DNA of 32,000 bases from an uncultured Alphaproteobacteria bacterium (GTDB lineage Bacteria > Pseudomonadota > Alphaproteobacteria > Acetobacterales > Acetobacteraceae): NCBI GenBank assembly GCA_963808965.1, contig CAWEHU010000013.1, positions 30,672-62,671 on the forward strand, in the 5' to 3' direction. Below, in pieces: positions 8,520-17,387 of the stretch. The position numbers were made by a program, and so were the translations under genes. Below the pieces are notes generated by a model. That model saw only the letters and a program-made list of their open reading frames with translations. It ran no database searches and was not told the origin of the DNA. Every line of letters starts with the position of its first letter. Positions within the stretch are counted from its first letter, which is position 1.

Positions 8520-9029
8520 ATGAAATTTCGGCAATCCCTAGCCACCCTGCTTATTGTCTCGCTCAGCGGCGTAGTTGCGGCGAAGGCGGAACCGCAGCGA
8601 GCGGCGATCTTCGGCTTCGAGTTGGACGACACCAGCCTGGAAGGCGAGAAGAGCGGCCCGCGCCGGGATGAGCAGGCGCGCTTGCGGCAACTCGATAGCC
8701 AGCTTCGGGACCTGCTGGCCGGTTCCGGGGAATACCTGCCGGTGGACACCGCCTCGATCGCGACCGAGGCGCGGTCGAGGAATTTGTGGGATTGTGGGGG
8801 CTGCGAGGCCGCGCTCGCGACGAAAGTCGGGGCGCAGGTGGCGGTGATCGGCTGGGTCCAGAAAGTGTCCAACCTGATCCTCAACATCAACGTGGTCATC
8901 CGGGATGCGTCGAGCGGTGCGGTGTTGCATGCCGGCAGCGTGGACATTCGCGGCAACACGGACAAGTCTTGGTCACGCGGGCTCTCCTATCTCGTCAGAA
9001 ACCGGCTGCTGAGCAGGACGGGCGAATGA
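8520..9029 (+). CDS. Secreted protein of unknown function (possibly DUF3280/DUF2380-like; CGGC motif)
   Basis: Track ORF 8418..9029 trimmed to ATG 8520 (MKFRQSLATLLIVSLSGVVAAKA signal peptide). 169 aa with a WDCGGCEA motif. The family name is recalled from memory only. Confidence 0.7.
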   Translation: MKFRQSLATLLIVSLSGVVAAKAEPQRAAIFGFELDDTSLEGEKSGPRRDEQARLRQLDSQLRDLLAGSGEYLPVDTASIATEARSRNLWDCGGCEAALATKVGAQVAVIGWVQKVSNLILNINVVIRDASSGAVLHAGSVDIRGNTDKSWSRGLSYLVRNRLLSRTGE

Positions 9030-10168
9030 CGCTCATGTTGGCCAGCGTGAGAGGTCCGGAGGAAGCCGCGGTCGCGCTCGCGGCGGGTGCGGACATCATC
9101 GACCTCAAGGACCCGGCGCGCGGCGCGCTCGGCGCGGTGGACGTGGGCACGGTTCGCGAGACCGTGGCCATCGTCGCAGGGGCGCGGCCGGTGAGCGCGG
9201 TCACCGGCGATACGCGGATGGACCCGGCCGTGGTGCGAGCGGCCGTGGAAGCGATGACGGAGGCCGGCGTCGATTACGTGAAGCAGGGAATCTTTCCAGG
9301 TGGCGATCCGGCCGCCTGCATCCGCGCATTGAGCCCAATCGCGGCACGTGCGCGCCTCGTCGCGGTGCTGTTCGCCGACCGCGGCCCGGATTTCTCGTTG
9401 CTGCCGGTGCTTGCCGCGGCGGGGTTCGCGGGGGCGATGCTGGACACGGCCGAGAAGAGTTCGGGGCGGCTGCTGGATCACATGGAGATGACCGAGCTGC
9501 ATCGCTTCGTGCAGCAATGCGAAACCCACCGTTTGAAGTCGGGGCTGGCCGGTTCGCTGGAAGCGCCCGACGTGCCGCGGCTGCTGCTGCTTCAGCCCGG
9601 CCTGCTCGGCTTCCGGAGCGCCCTCTGTGCAGGCGCGGGTCGCACCGGGCCCATCGACCCTGAGGCCGCGCGTGAAATCCGTGCGCTCATTCCGCCGGAA
9701 GAGGGCACCGGGTCCGGCGCGGGCGTGGATCATCGCCTTCTCAGCGCGCACGGGTTTGTGCCGGATCTCAGCGGCGATCCGGCGTTCACCGATCGCGTGT
9801 TCGTCCACGATCTCGTGCTGCCGGTGCGGGTCGGGGCTTACGCCCACGAGCATGCGGCACCCCAGCGCGTGCGCTTCGATGTCGACGTGCTGATCGCGCG
9901 CGCTATGCGGGCTACGCACGACATGCGGGACGTGTTCTCGTACGACGTCATCAGCGACGGCATCCGGCTGCTGATCGATTCCGGTCACGTCGCCCTGGTG
10001 GAGACGCTGGCGGAACGGATTGCGGCGATGCTGCTCGCCGACGCGCGCGTGGTGAAGGTGAGCGTGAAACTGGAGAAACTCGATACGGGGCCGCGCATCG
10101 TGGGCGTCGCCATCGAGCGGACGCGCGAGCACGCCACGCCGCAGGCCGGCTTCGGGCCGCTCGCGTGA
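9026..10168 (+). CDS. Fusion protein: MfnB-like (5-formylfuran-3-yl)methyl phosphate synthase (DUF556) domain plus dihydroneopterin-aldolase (FolB-like) domain
   Basis: Track ORF 8786..10168 trimmed to ATG 9026, which overlaps the upstream stop (AATGA). The N-terminus MLASVRGPEEAAVALAAGADIIDLKDPARGALGAV is the DUF556/MfnB signature. The C-terminal ~120 aa VFVHDLVLPVRVGAYAHEHAAPQRVRFDVDV..VKVSVKLEKL are FolB-like. The two halves are joined by a Gly/Ser-rich linker. Confidence 0.8.
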   Translation: MTLMLASVRGPEEAAVALAAGADIIDLKDPARGALGAVDVGTVRETVAIVAGARPVSAVTGDTRMDPAVVRAAVEAMTEAGVDYVKQGIFPGGDPAACIRALSPIAARARLVAVLFADRGPDFSLLPVLAAAGFAGAMLDTAEKSSGRLLDHMEMTELHRFVQQCETHRLKSGLAGSLEAPDVPRLLLLQPGLLGFRSALCAGAGRTGPIDPEAAREIRALIPPEEGTGSGAGVDHRLLSAHGFVPDLSGDPAFTDRVFVHDLVLPVRVGAYAHEHAAPQRVRFDVDVLIARAMRATHDMRDVFSYDVISDGIRLLIDSGHVALVETLAERIAAMLLADARVVKVSVKLEKLDTGPRIVGVAIERTREHATPQAGFGPLA

Positions 10169-10779
10169 CCGTGGTCAAGCTGGGCGGCAGCTACGCATTC
10201 TTGCCGGAGTTGCAGCAATGGCTCGATGCCATCGAGGCCCGGGCGGGTCGCGTCGTGATCGTCCCGGGCGGCGGGCCTTTTGCGGACACGGTGCGTTCCG
10301 CGCAACCGCGGATGGGCTTCGGCGAAAGTGCCGCCCATGAGATGGCGCTCCTCGCGATGACACAGTACGGGATCGCACTGACCGCGCGCTCGGCGGCTTT
10401 GGTGCTGGCGGCCTCGATCGCCGCGTTGCACGAGGCTCTCGCGCAAGGGCGCGTGCCCGTCTGGAGTCCGTGGCCCATGCTGCACAATGCGCCCGATATT
10501 TCGCCCTCGTGGGAAGTGACATCGGATAGCTTAGCGCTCTGGTTCGCCGGGCTGGTCGGCGCGCCTTGCGTGCTGCTGGTGAAATCGCGCCCGCCTCCTG
10601 CCGATCCGACCGCGTCCGAGTTGGTCGCTTCCGGTCTCGTGGATGGCGCATTCGCCCACTTTGCCGCAGCATATCGCGGCACGGTCTACGTGGCCGGACC
10701 CGGTGACGCGCCGCGTGCCCTTCAAGCCGACGAGCCGCCCGGTCGGCGTATCATCCGCGCAAGAGCGAGCCGGGCATGA
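10165..10779 (+). CDS. Amino-acid-kinase-fold protein of the H4MPT/methanofuran cofactor cluster
   Basis: Track ORF, 204 aa: VVKLGGSYAF...VVIVPGGGPFAD..., a glycine-rich aspartate/glutamate/uridylate-kinase-like N-terminus. A GTGA overlap joins it to the upstream gene. Confidence 0.75.
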   Translation: MTVVKLGGSYAFLPELQQWLDAIEARAGRVVIVPGGGPFADTVRSAQPRMGFGESAAHEMALLAMTQYGIALTARSAALVLAASIAALHEALAQGRVPVWSPWPMLHNAPDISPSWEVTSDSLALWFAGLVGAPCVLLVKSRPPPADPTASELVASGLVDGAFAHFAAAYRGTVYVAGPGDAPRALQADEPPGRRIIRARASRA

Positions 10780-11327
10780 CCGAAATCGCAGTGCCGCGCT
10801 GGGGTTGGGCACTGACCGGATCGGGGCACTTTCTCACCGAGTGTCTCGCGCTGATTCGCACATTGCGCGATGTCGATCTGTTCGTGAGCCGAGCTGCCGA
10901 TGAGGTTGTGCGGATGTATCACAGCAGGCTCGATCTTCCCGAAGGCGTTCGCCTCTATCGCGATACGGCCGCGAGCAGTCCGCCGGTCGGCTTCTTCTAT
11001 CACGGCGTCTATCACACCTTGGTCGTTGCGCCCGCCACGTCCAACACCGTGGCCAAATGCGTCTGCGGCATTTCCGACAATCTCGCAACCAACGTGTTCG
11101 CGCAGGCGGGGAAATGCCGCGTGCCATCGATCGTGTTCGCGTGCGATACCGCGCCGGAGATGGAGACAGAGGCGCCGGAAGGCATGGTGAAGGTTTATCC
11201 GCGCCGGGTAGATCTCGAGAACACGCGTCGCCTCGCGGACTTCGAGGCGACCACGGTGGTCGAGACGTTGCCGGCGCTGCAAGCCGCGCTGGACGAGCGG
11301 GGGCGCGCGCTCGGCCAAGATGGGTGA
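10776..11327 (+). CDS. Flavoprotein (AfpA/DmrB-like; candidate dihydromethanopterin reductase)
   Basis: Track ORF, 183 aa: WALTGSGHFLTEC...LVVAPATSNTVAKCVCGISDNLATNVFAQAGK, the flavoprotein (PF02441-type) FMN-binding pattern. ATGA overlap upstream. Confidence 0.72.
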   Translation: MTEIAVPRWGWALTGSGHFLTECLALIRTLRDVDLFVSRAADEVVRMYHSRLDLPEGVRLYRDTAASSPPVGFFYHGVYHTLVVAPATSNTVAKCVCGISDNLATNVFAQAGKCRVPSIVFACDTAPEMETEAPEGMVKVYPRRVDLENTRRLADFEATTVVETLPALQAALDERGRALGQDG

Positions 11328-12730
11328 GCGCGTTCTCTTCCTGACCGGGCACCTGGCCGAGGCCCGCCTGCGGCGCTTGCTCGACGGACTCGGACGCGGC
11401 AATTTCGGGTGGGAGGTGGTGAATATCGGCGTGAAGGTCGCGGCGCTGATGACCGAGCCGATCATCCTCCGTCGTCTGCGGCGTCCCTTGGAGGCGAGCC
11501 GCGTCGTGTTCCCCGGCAGAGCCGGGCTCGACCCCGCTCGCCTCTCCGCGGCTTTCGGCGTAACGTTCGAGCGAGGTCCGGACGAATTGGCCGATCTGCC
11601 GGGCTATCTCGGCCGTGGCGGCAGGCCGCCCGATCTGTCGCGTCACGACGTGCGCATTTTTGCCGAGATCGTAGACGCGCCGGCCCTCGATTTCGGGGCG
11701 CTGCTCGCGCGTGCTCAGGCGTGGCGCCACCAGGGAGCCGATGTCATCGATCTCGGCTGCAAGCCGGGCGTCGGTTTTCCGCATCTCGAGGACGCGGTGC
11801 GGATGCTTCGGGAGAACGGCTTTCACGTCAGCGTCGACTCCGGCGATCCAGCGGAGTTGCGGCGTGGCGCCGTCGCGGGCGCGGATTTTCTGCTCAGTCT
11901 CAACGAGCATACGCTGGACGTGGCCGAAGATACGGCGGCGATCCCGGTGCTGATTCCCGCCCGGCACGGCGATCTCGATTCGCTCGAGCGTGCCTTCAGC
12001 AAAGCCCGCGCGCGCGGGCTCGCGTGCCTGCTGGATCCTATCCTTGACCCGATTTATTTCGGCTTCACCGCCTCGCTGCAACGCTATGCCGCATTGCGGG
12101 CGCGCTTGCCGGATGCGGAAATCCTGATGGGCACGGGCAATCTCACAGAACTTACGGATGCTGACAGTTCCGGCGTGACCGCGGTATTAATGGGCGTGTG
12201 TTCCGAACTCGCGATCCGCAACGTGCTGGTCGTGCAAGTGAGCCCGCACACGAGGCGCAGCATCGCGGAGCACGATTTCGCGCGCCGCCTGATGTATGCC
12301 GCGCGCGCCGATACGGAATTGCCGCGCGGCTACGGGAACGGATTGCTGCAAGTTCATGACCGACGCCCGTTTCCGGAATCCCCGCAGGAAATCGAGGAGG
12401 ATGCGCGGTTCGGTGCGCGATGCCAACTTCCGCATCGCCGTGGCGGAGGACGGTATCCACATCTACAGCGGCCGGATGCACGCGCGCGCGCAGGATGCGC
12501 TCTCGCTTTTTCCGAAGCTCGGTGTGGAACAGGACGGCGCGCATGCGTTCTATCTCGGCACCGAGCTGATGAAGGCGGAAATCGCCCGCATTCTCGGCAA
12601 GCGGTATGCGCAGGACGAGCCGCTTGATTGGGGCTGCGCTGCACCCCGGAGCGAGCGCGACCTGAGCCGACTGGCCGAGGCTGGACACACGCTGAGGGCC
12701 AAGCGGGGTGGCGGTACGGATGATCCGTGA
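11320..12730 (+). pseudogene. Dihydropteroate-synthase-like protein of H4MPT biosynthesis, interrupted by one apparent +1 frameshift near 12390-12415
   Basis: Track ORF 11320..12627 is credible up to ..LLQVHDRRPFPESPQEIEE and then turns Arg/Gly-rich. Track ORF 12296..12730 (next frame) carries a credible C-terminus VRDANFRIAVAEDGIHIYSGRMHARAQDALSLFPKLGVEQDGAHAFYLGTELMKAEIARILGKRYAQDEPLDWG. The span is 1411 nt, which is 3n+1. The pterin-binding-like core reads GADVIDLGCKPG...VSVDS. Confidence 0.8.
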
Positions 12731-13277
12731 GTGCGTCGTGACCACGATATCCCCGGCGGGGTATGTGCACATCGCTCCGCTCGGGCTGATCGAGGAGCCG
12801 GGAGGCTGGATCATCGCGCCATTCGCGCCATCGCGCACACTCGACAATCTGGCCGCGGTTCCGCAGGCCGTGGCGAATTACACGGACGACGTGCGCATCA
12901 TCGCCGGCTGCCTTACCGGGCGCCGCGAGTGGCCGCTCGCTGTCTCGCGCCGCGTTGCGCCGCCGCGCCTCGCCGGCGCGCTGACGCACGCGGAAATGGA
13001 GGTGGTCGCGGTCGATGACGACGCGCAGCGTCCCCGTTTCCATTGCCGCGTCATCCATCGCGAGATGCACAGTCCATTCCAGGGATTCAACCGTGCGCAG
13101 GCTGCCGTGCTGGAAGCGGCCATTCTGGTCAGCCGGCTTTTCATGCTGCCCCGCGAGAAGGTCGAGCGGGAGATCGCGTATCTGGAGATCGCGGTGAGCA
13201 AGACGGCGGGTCCGGATGAGCAGCAAGCCTGGGACTGGCTGATGCAGGCGATCGGGGAGCACTACGCGCGTGCTTGA
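12720..13277 (+). CDS. DUF447-family protein (H4MPT-cluster associated)
   Basis: Track ORF 12708..13277. The preferred start is ATG 12720 (MIRECVVTTISPAGYVHIAPLG), with GTG 12708 as an alternative. It is conserved next to the DHPS-like gene in H4MPT gene islands, as I recall. Confidence 0.7.
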   Translation: MIRECVVTTISPAGYVHIAPLGLIEEPGGWIIAPFAPSRTLDNLAAVPQAVANYTDDVRIIAGCLTGRREWPLAVSRRVAPPRLAGALTHAEMEVVAVDDDAQRPRFHCRVIHREMHSPFQGFNRAQAAVLEAAILVSRLFMLPREKVEREIAYLEIAVSKTAGPDEQQAWDWLMQAIGEHYARA

Positions 13278-14290
13278 TGGGCGAGCAGTGCCACCGCGAC
13301 GGCGGGAGCGCAATGGCCGAGCCAATCGCGCGCTGAGGCGGCGGCGATGGGCAAGTCTGCGAAGTCGCGATAAGGCCGGGCCAACCGCGTCGCGAGCCGC
13401 GCGACGACGTGCCGCCCGACACCGGCCCCGATCACCGGCGCATCTCCCGCCAATCCGGCACGCGACAGCACGAGATGCGCGCCGTCCGCGATCAGCCGGA
13501 GCTGCGCTTCGGCGAACCATGCCGCGAGAGCGCGCCACGCCGCCGGATCGGCATCGGACGCGTCGTGCCCGACCATGCGCGCGAGCCGTGCGGCCGATGC
13601 GCCAAGGGTCTTGTCCCGACCGTCTGCACTTGGCAGCAAATCGGCGCCCTCGGGCAACTCGCCCAGAATGCGATAGACGTCGGCGGTGCTCGCGAAGTAC
13701 TCGCAGGCGAGCGGCGTCCATACTCCCCCGACTGGCGCGCGCGCACAGAGCGCCATGACGAAGCTGCGGGTGAGCCCGGTGTAGACCAGCTCGCCGCAAG
13801 CCAGGCGCTCCGCATCGGAGTAGCCCGCCGCGCGTGGCGCGCCATCGGCGACCGGCACGATGTCGGTCGTCGTCGATCCCATGTCCACGAACAGCGCCTG
13901 CCTTGAGAAACGCGCGGTGAGAGCGGCGCTCGCGTGCCAGTTCGCCGAGGCCACGTCTTCGGCGTGCGCTGCGGCGGCGCCCGCTTGGAGGAACCCCGCG
14001 CGGCCTCCATAGACGAGCACCTCGCCGAGCTTCCGGGCGAGCATCGCGGCGATCCCCGCGACGCCTTGCGGGCGGGTTTCAAATACGTCGGCAAGTTCGC
14101 CGGTCATGGTCGCGACATGCACGTTCGCGGGTCCGAGCCGCGCCGCCACCTCGTCGAGCGCGTGCTCCAACCGGTCGAGGCCGAGCCAAAGCGGGCAGGG
14201 GTGCTGAACGACATCGACGATGCGGCCATCCTCCGCGCGCGCGGCCTTCAGATGCGCGCCGCCCACGTCCCAACCGATGATACTGCCCAC
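13262..14290 (-). CDS. Hydantoinase/oxoprolinase-like 'H4MPT-linked C1 transfer pathway protein'
   Basis: Track ORF, 342 aa. IIGWDVGGAHLKAA...FVDMGSTTTDIVPV are the ASKHA/hydantoinase-A-type ATPase motifs. GTG start at 14290. Confidence 0.8.
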   Translation of the reverse strand: MGSIIGWDVGGAHLKAARAEDGRIVDVVQHPCPLWLGLDRLEHALDEVAARLGPANVHVATMTGELADVFETRPQGVAGIAAMLARKLGEVLVYGGRAGFLQAGAAAAHAEDVASANWHASAALTARFSRQALFVDMGSTTTDIVPVADGAPRAAGYSDAERLACGELVYTGLTRSFVMALCARAPVGGVWTPLACEYFASTADVYRILGELPEGADLLPSADGRDKTLGASAARLARMVGHDASDADPAAWRALAAWFAEAQLRLIADGAHLVLSRAGLAGDAPVIGAGVGRHVVARLATRLARPYRDFADLPIAAASARDWLGHCAPAVAVALLAHQARA

Positions 14291-14337
14291 GCCCGCCTCG
14301 CGCTTGACCTGCCCTGATGCCGAGGAAGAATACCGTA

Positions 14338-15039
14338 ATGGACGTGGTCCCTGTCATCGATCTGAAAGGCGGGCTCGTCGTGCATGCGCGCGGCGGGCGA
14401 CGGCGCGAGGACCGCCCGATCGAGACACCGCTTAGTCCGACCAGCGCGCCGAGAGACGTAGTGACAGGGTTGCTCCGGCTATTCCCGTTCCGCCGTGTCT
14501 ACGTCGCGGATCTTGATGCGATCGAAGGAAGCGGCGATCAGGCGGCCGAGATCGCCTCCCTCGCCGCTGCCTACCCAGAGCTGGAGTTGTGGGTGGATAA
14601 CGGCGCGAACGAGGCGGGTTCCGTCGAGAAGTGGCTCGCCACCAACGCGGGATGTCTGGTCATCGGCAGCGAGTCGCAGCGTGGGCCGGGGCTGATGCGA
14701 GCGTTGAGCGATCAGCCAAGGGTTGTTCTGTCGCTGGACTTTCGCGGCGATGCATTCCAAGGCCCGCCCGAACTCAACGACGATCCGCTGCTTTGGCCGA
14801 ACCGCGTCATCGTCATGACGCTGGCGCGCGTGGGCGCGGGTGAGGGGCCGGATCTCCGGCGTATCCGCGCGATCGCGGGCCGGGCAGGCAAACGCCAGGT
14901 CTACGCGGCGGGCGGAATGCGCCACGCAAACGACCTCCGCACGGCCGCCGATGCGGGCGCGGCCGGCGCGTTGCTTGCCACCGCGCTGCACGACGGCGCG
15001 CTGACAGCCGCGGATCTCGCTGTCATCGCCCGGCCCTGA
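14338..15039 (+). CDS. HisA/HisF-family (beta/alpha)8-barrel protein of the H4MPT cluster
   Basis: Track ORF 14317..15039 trimmed to ATG 14338, which has GAGGAAG about 12 nt upstream. MDVVPVIDLKGGLVVHA...VYVADLDAI...YAAGGMR is the HisA/HisF pattern. Confidence 0.8.
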   Translation: MDVVPVIDLKGGLVVHARGGRRREDRPIETPLSPTSAPRDVVTGLLRLFPFRRVYVADLDAIEGSGDQAAEIASLAAAYPELELWVDNGANEAGSVEKWLATNAGCLVIGSESQRGPGLMRALSDQPRVVLSLDFRGDAFQGPPELNDDPLLWPNRVIVMTLARVGAGEGPDLRRIRAIAGRAGKRQVYAAGGMRHANDLRTAADAGAAGALLATALHDGALTAADLAVIARP

Positions 15040-15052
15040 TGAGGACCGGGCG
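15027..15052. terminator. Weak hairpin between the convergent hisA/F-like gene and fae
   Basis: 7-bp stem CGCCCGG (15027-15033) / CCGGGCG (15046-15052) with a 12-nt loop. A-run on the plus side and T-run on the minus side, but not in canonical terminator geometry. It overlaps the stop codon at 15037-15039. Confidence 0.3.
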
Positions 15053-15064
15053 AAAAGTCGAGGC

Positions 15065-15574
15065 TCAGGAGGGAGAGAACGGGTGCTTCACCTGCTCGCG
15101 CTTCTGCACGACCTCGGAGGCGCTCGGCTCGCCGCGCACAGCCCGCGCGATCGACTCCTTGCAGGCTTGATAATTGTAGTCGTGGATTTTCTGATCGTCC
15201 GACGCTTCCCAGTGGATAAAGACGCCGACGCAAATGAAGATGTCGTCCGCCTCGTCCTGCGGGATGATGCCTTCGGCGACGCTGTCCGCGACTGCGCGCG
15301 CCACGGCGTGCTGGGCGGGGCCGAACATCTGCACGGCCTGCTTGGCGCCCTTGATCGTCACCTTGTTGAACAGCACGGTGTTCGGCTTGGTCGGCAAGTT
15401 CGGCGCGACCACGGCGAGCAAGGTGGTGAAGCCGTCCTTGTTGTTGGTGAGCGCGTGACAGAAGGCCGACTCCGCGGCGCTGCCCCGGGGACCCATGATG
15501 AGGTCGATATGCGCGACCTCGTTCCCATCGCCCACGAGCGACTCGCCGACACAGACCTTCGTGATGGTGGCCAT
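15065..15574 (-). CDS. fae: Formaldehyde-activating enzyme (5,6,7,8-tetrahydromethanopterin hydro-lyase)
   Basis: Track ORF 15065..15643 trimmed to [32 protein letters not shown]... (169 aa). It is near-colinear with the Methylobacterium Fae as I recall it ([32 protein letters not shown]). Confidence 0.97.
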   Translation of the reverse strand: MATITKVCVGESLVGDGNEVAHIDLIMGPRGSAAESAFCHALTNNKDGFTTLLAVVAPNLPTKPNTVLFNKVTIKGAKQAVQMFGPAQHAVARAVADSVAEGIIPQDEADDIFICVGVFIHWEASDDQKIHDYNYQACKESIARAVRGEPSASEVVQKREQVKHPFSPS

Positions 15575-15675
15575 GAACGTTCCCCTCTGTCCTTCACGCC
15601 TCGGTTCCGCCCGGCCGGCCGGCACAGGCGGATGCGGGGCCAATTAGTGCCTGCCGCGCTGGCGCGATCAATAGC

Positions 15676-16512
15676 TTAATCGCCCTTTCCGCACGCGCCG
15701 AGCCGCCAAGCCAGGATGGTGGCGACGGTTAGGTCCGCACTGGTACCCGGATTGATGTCGCACTCTTTGAGCCGCCGGTCCCAGTCGAGCAGCGCGGGCA
15801 GGCAGTCGGCCGGGTTCGTCGCGCCGTTCACCTGGTCGCGAACGCGCGCCGCCTCGCACTGGACCCGTTCGGCTATCTCCAGCCCATGCTTGCGTCGGAC
15901 ATGGCTGTCCGGGAAGGCGGCGAGGAAACCGAGATAAGCAGCGAGGGCAGCCCAGTCCGCCCGCCGCCAACGCGTCCGCGCGGCCTGGTAGCCATCCAGT
16001 CCGAGGCCAAACACGTCGGCAAAGTCCGTCGTCCATTGCCGGGCGATGCTGTCGCGATGAGCCGCCTCCCCCATCGCGACCGCGAGCGTGACTTGCGCGG
16101 GCGCGCGGATGTCGTGGCGCTCCGCATGGCCGAGCCCGCCCGGATCGGCCAGACGTATCGCGGCGAACACCGCCTCCGCATCCTTCAGGTCGGCGTTCGC
16201 CAGCACGCGGCGGAGCCTCACCCGGAGATCGGCCTCGCGCGCCTCGGCAGCCATGAGCAGCGGCGCCGAGAGGAGCACGATTCCGAGATTGGTGTTCTGC
16301 CCGACCGTGGCCCGGGTCGCCGCCACCGCATCGAAAATGCGCGCACCGAGCGCCGCGCCGGGCCGGCACAACGCCGAGGCCGCGGCTTCCGCGCTGCGCA
16401 CAAAATCCGCGACCGTCATGCCGTGCCCCTCGGCGTGCACATGCACATTGCCCGGTTTGGGTGCGGCAAGTTCCTCGGCGCAGGCACCGACGAACGCTTG
16501 TTCGAGCGTCAT
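15676..16512 (-). CDS. Triphosphoribosyl-dephospho-CoA synthase-like protein (CitG/MdcB family; H4MPT cluster)
   Basis: Track ORF, 278 aa: ELAAPKPGNVH...NTNLGIVLL...INPGTSADL, CitG-family motifs. ATGA overlap with the upstream RimK-like gene. Confidence 0.85.
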   Translation of the reverse strand: MTLEQAFVGACAEELAAPKPGNVHVHAEGHGMTVADFVRSAEAAASALCRPGAALGARIFDAVAATRATVGQNTNLGIVLLSAPLLMAAEAREADLRVRLRRVLANADLKDAEAVFAAIRLADPGGLGHAERHDIRAPAQVTLAVAMGEAAHRDSIARQWTTDFADVFGLGLDGYQAARTRWRRADWAALAAYLGFLAAFPDSHVRRKHGLEIAERVQCEAARVRDQVNGATNPADCLPALLDWDRRLKECDINPGTSADLTVATILAWRLGACGKGD

Positions 16513-17384
16513 TCCAGGCTGTCGAGCAGGGCGGTCGCGAGGCGCTCCGCGATGTCAACCGAGGTCACGCCTTGCAGGCCTCGCCAGCCCGCCATGCTGT
16601 TCACTTCGAGCACCAGTGCGCGACCGTCCGCGAGTCGTAGCAGATCGACGCCCGCGTGCCGTGCGCCAACGCAGGATGCAGCACGTAGGGCCAGATCGAC
16701 GAGATCCGGCGAGGGTTCCAGGGGACGCGGTTCTCCGCCGCGCCGCAGGTTCGTGACCCACTGCCCAGCCCGGCGCGTCATGGCCGCGATCACCGCGCCC
16801 GCGCAGACAAGCAATCGGTGATCCTCGAATGCGCCGTTCGCGGGAGGGACATAGCGTTGCAGGTAGTAAACGCCCGCGACGGTTTCGGGTGCGGGCAAAT
16901 CCTGGGGCCGGTGGATCAGTTGCAACCCGGTCCCCTGCGATCCGAACAACGGCTTCAGGACTAGCGGACCAAGCGGCGTCTCGCGCATCGCGATCTCGCG
17001 CGCCGCATCCAGGCCTTCCACCGTCCAGGTCGGCGGGGTCGGGATGCCCTGGGCGGCAAGGAGAAAGCTGGTCATCGACTTGTCCACGCATCGCTCGATC
17101 GCGCGTGCATCGTTCCACACCGGCACACCGCGTTCGCGCAGCGCGTGCAGGATTCCGAGTCTTCGCGTGACCTCCTCGAAGCTGCCGCCGCCGAGGGCGC
17201 GCACGAACACCGCATCCGGCAATGTATCGAAGCCGGGAATGCGGAGCCCGGCCGGGTGCTGCGTGTCGAAGGCGCAGCACGCGATTCGTGTCGTGATCGC
17301 CTTGGCGCCCAAAGCGGTGAAAGCGCGCAGCAGCACGCGCGCGTGCCAGTCGAAATCGTCGATGAACAGCCCGATGCGGCGCAA
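16509..17384 (-). CDS. RimK-like ATP-grasp ligase (candidate H4MPT:alpha-L-glutamate ligase)
   Basis: Track ORF, 291 aa: LVLKPLFGSQGTGL...YYLQRYV...GVDLL...LVLEVNSMAGWRGLQ. TTG start 3 nt after the mch stop. Confidence 0.85.
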   Translation of the reverse strand: MRRIGLFIDDFDWHARVLLRAFTALGAKAITTRIACCAFDTQHPAGLRIPGFDTLPDAVFVRALGGGSFEEVTRRLGILHALRERGVPVWNDARAIERCVDKSMTSFLLAAQGIPTPPTWTVEGLDAAREIAMRETPLGPLVLKPLFGSQGTGLQLIHRPQDLPAPETVAGVYYLQRYVPPANGAFEDHRLLVCAGAVIAAMTRRAGQWVTNLRRGGEPRPLEPSPDLVDLALRAASCVGARHAGVDLLRLADGRALVLEVNSMAGWRGLQGVTSVDIAERLATALLDSLE

Positions 17385-17387
17385 CTG

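Noticed and set aside
10834-12081. 415-aa minus-strand ORF
   Set aside because: It is antisense to the flavoprotein and DHPS-like genes. The product is Arg/Ala/Pro-rich low complexity.
12354-13799. 481-aa minus-strand ORF
   Set aside because: It overlaps the DHPS-like C-terminus and the DUF447 gene antisense, and the hydantoinase-like gene out of frame. It is extremely Arg-rich.
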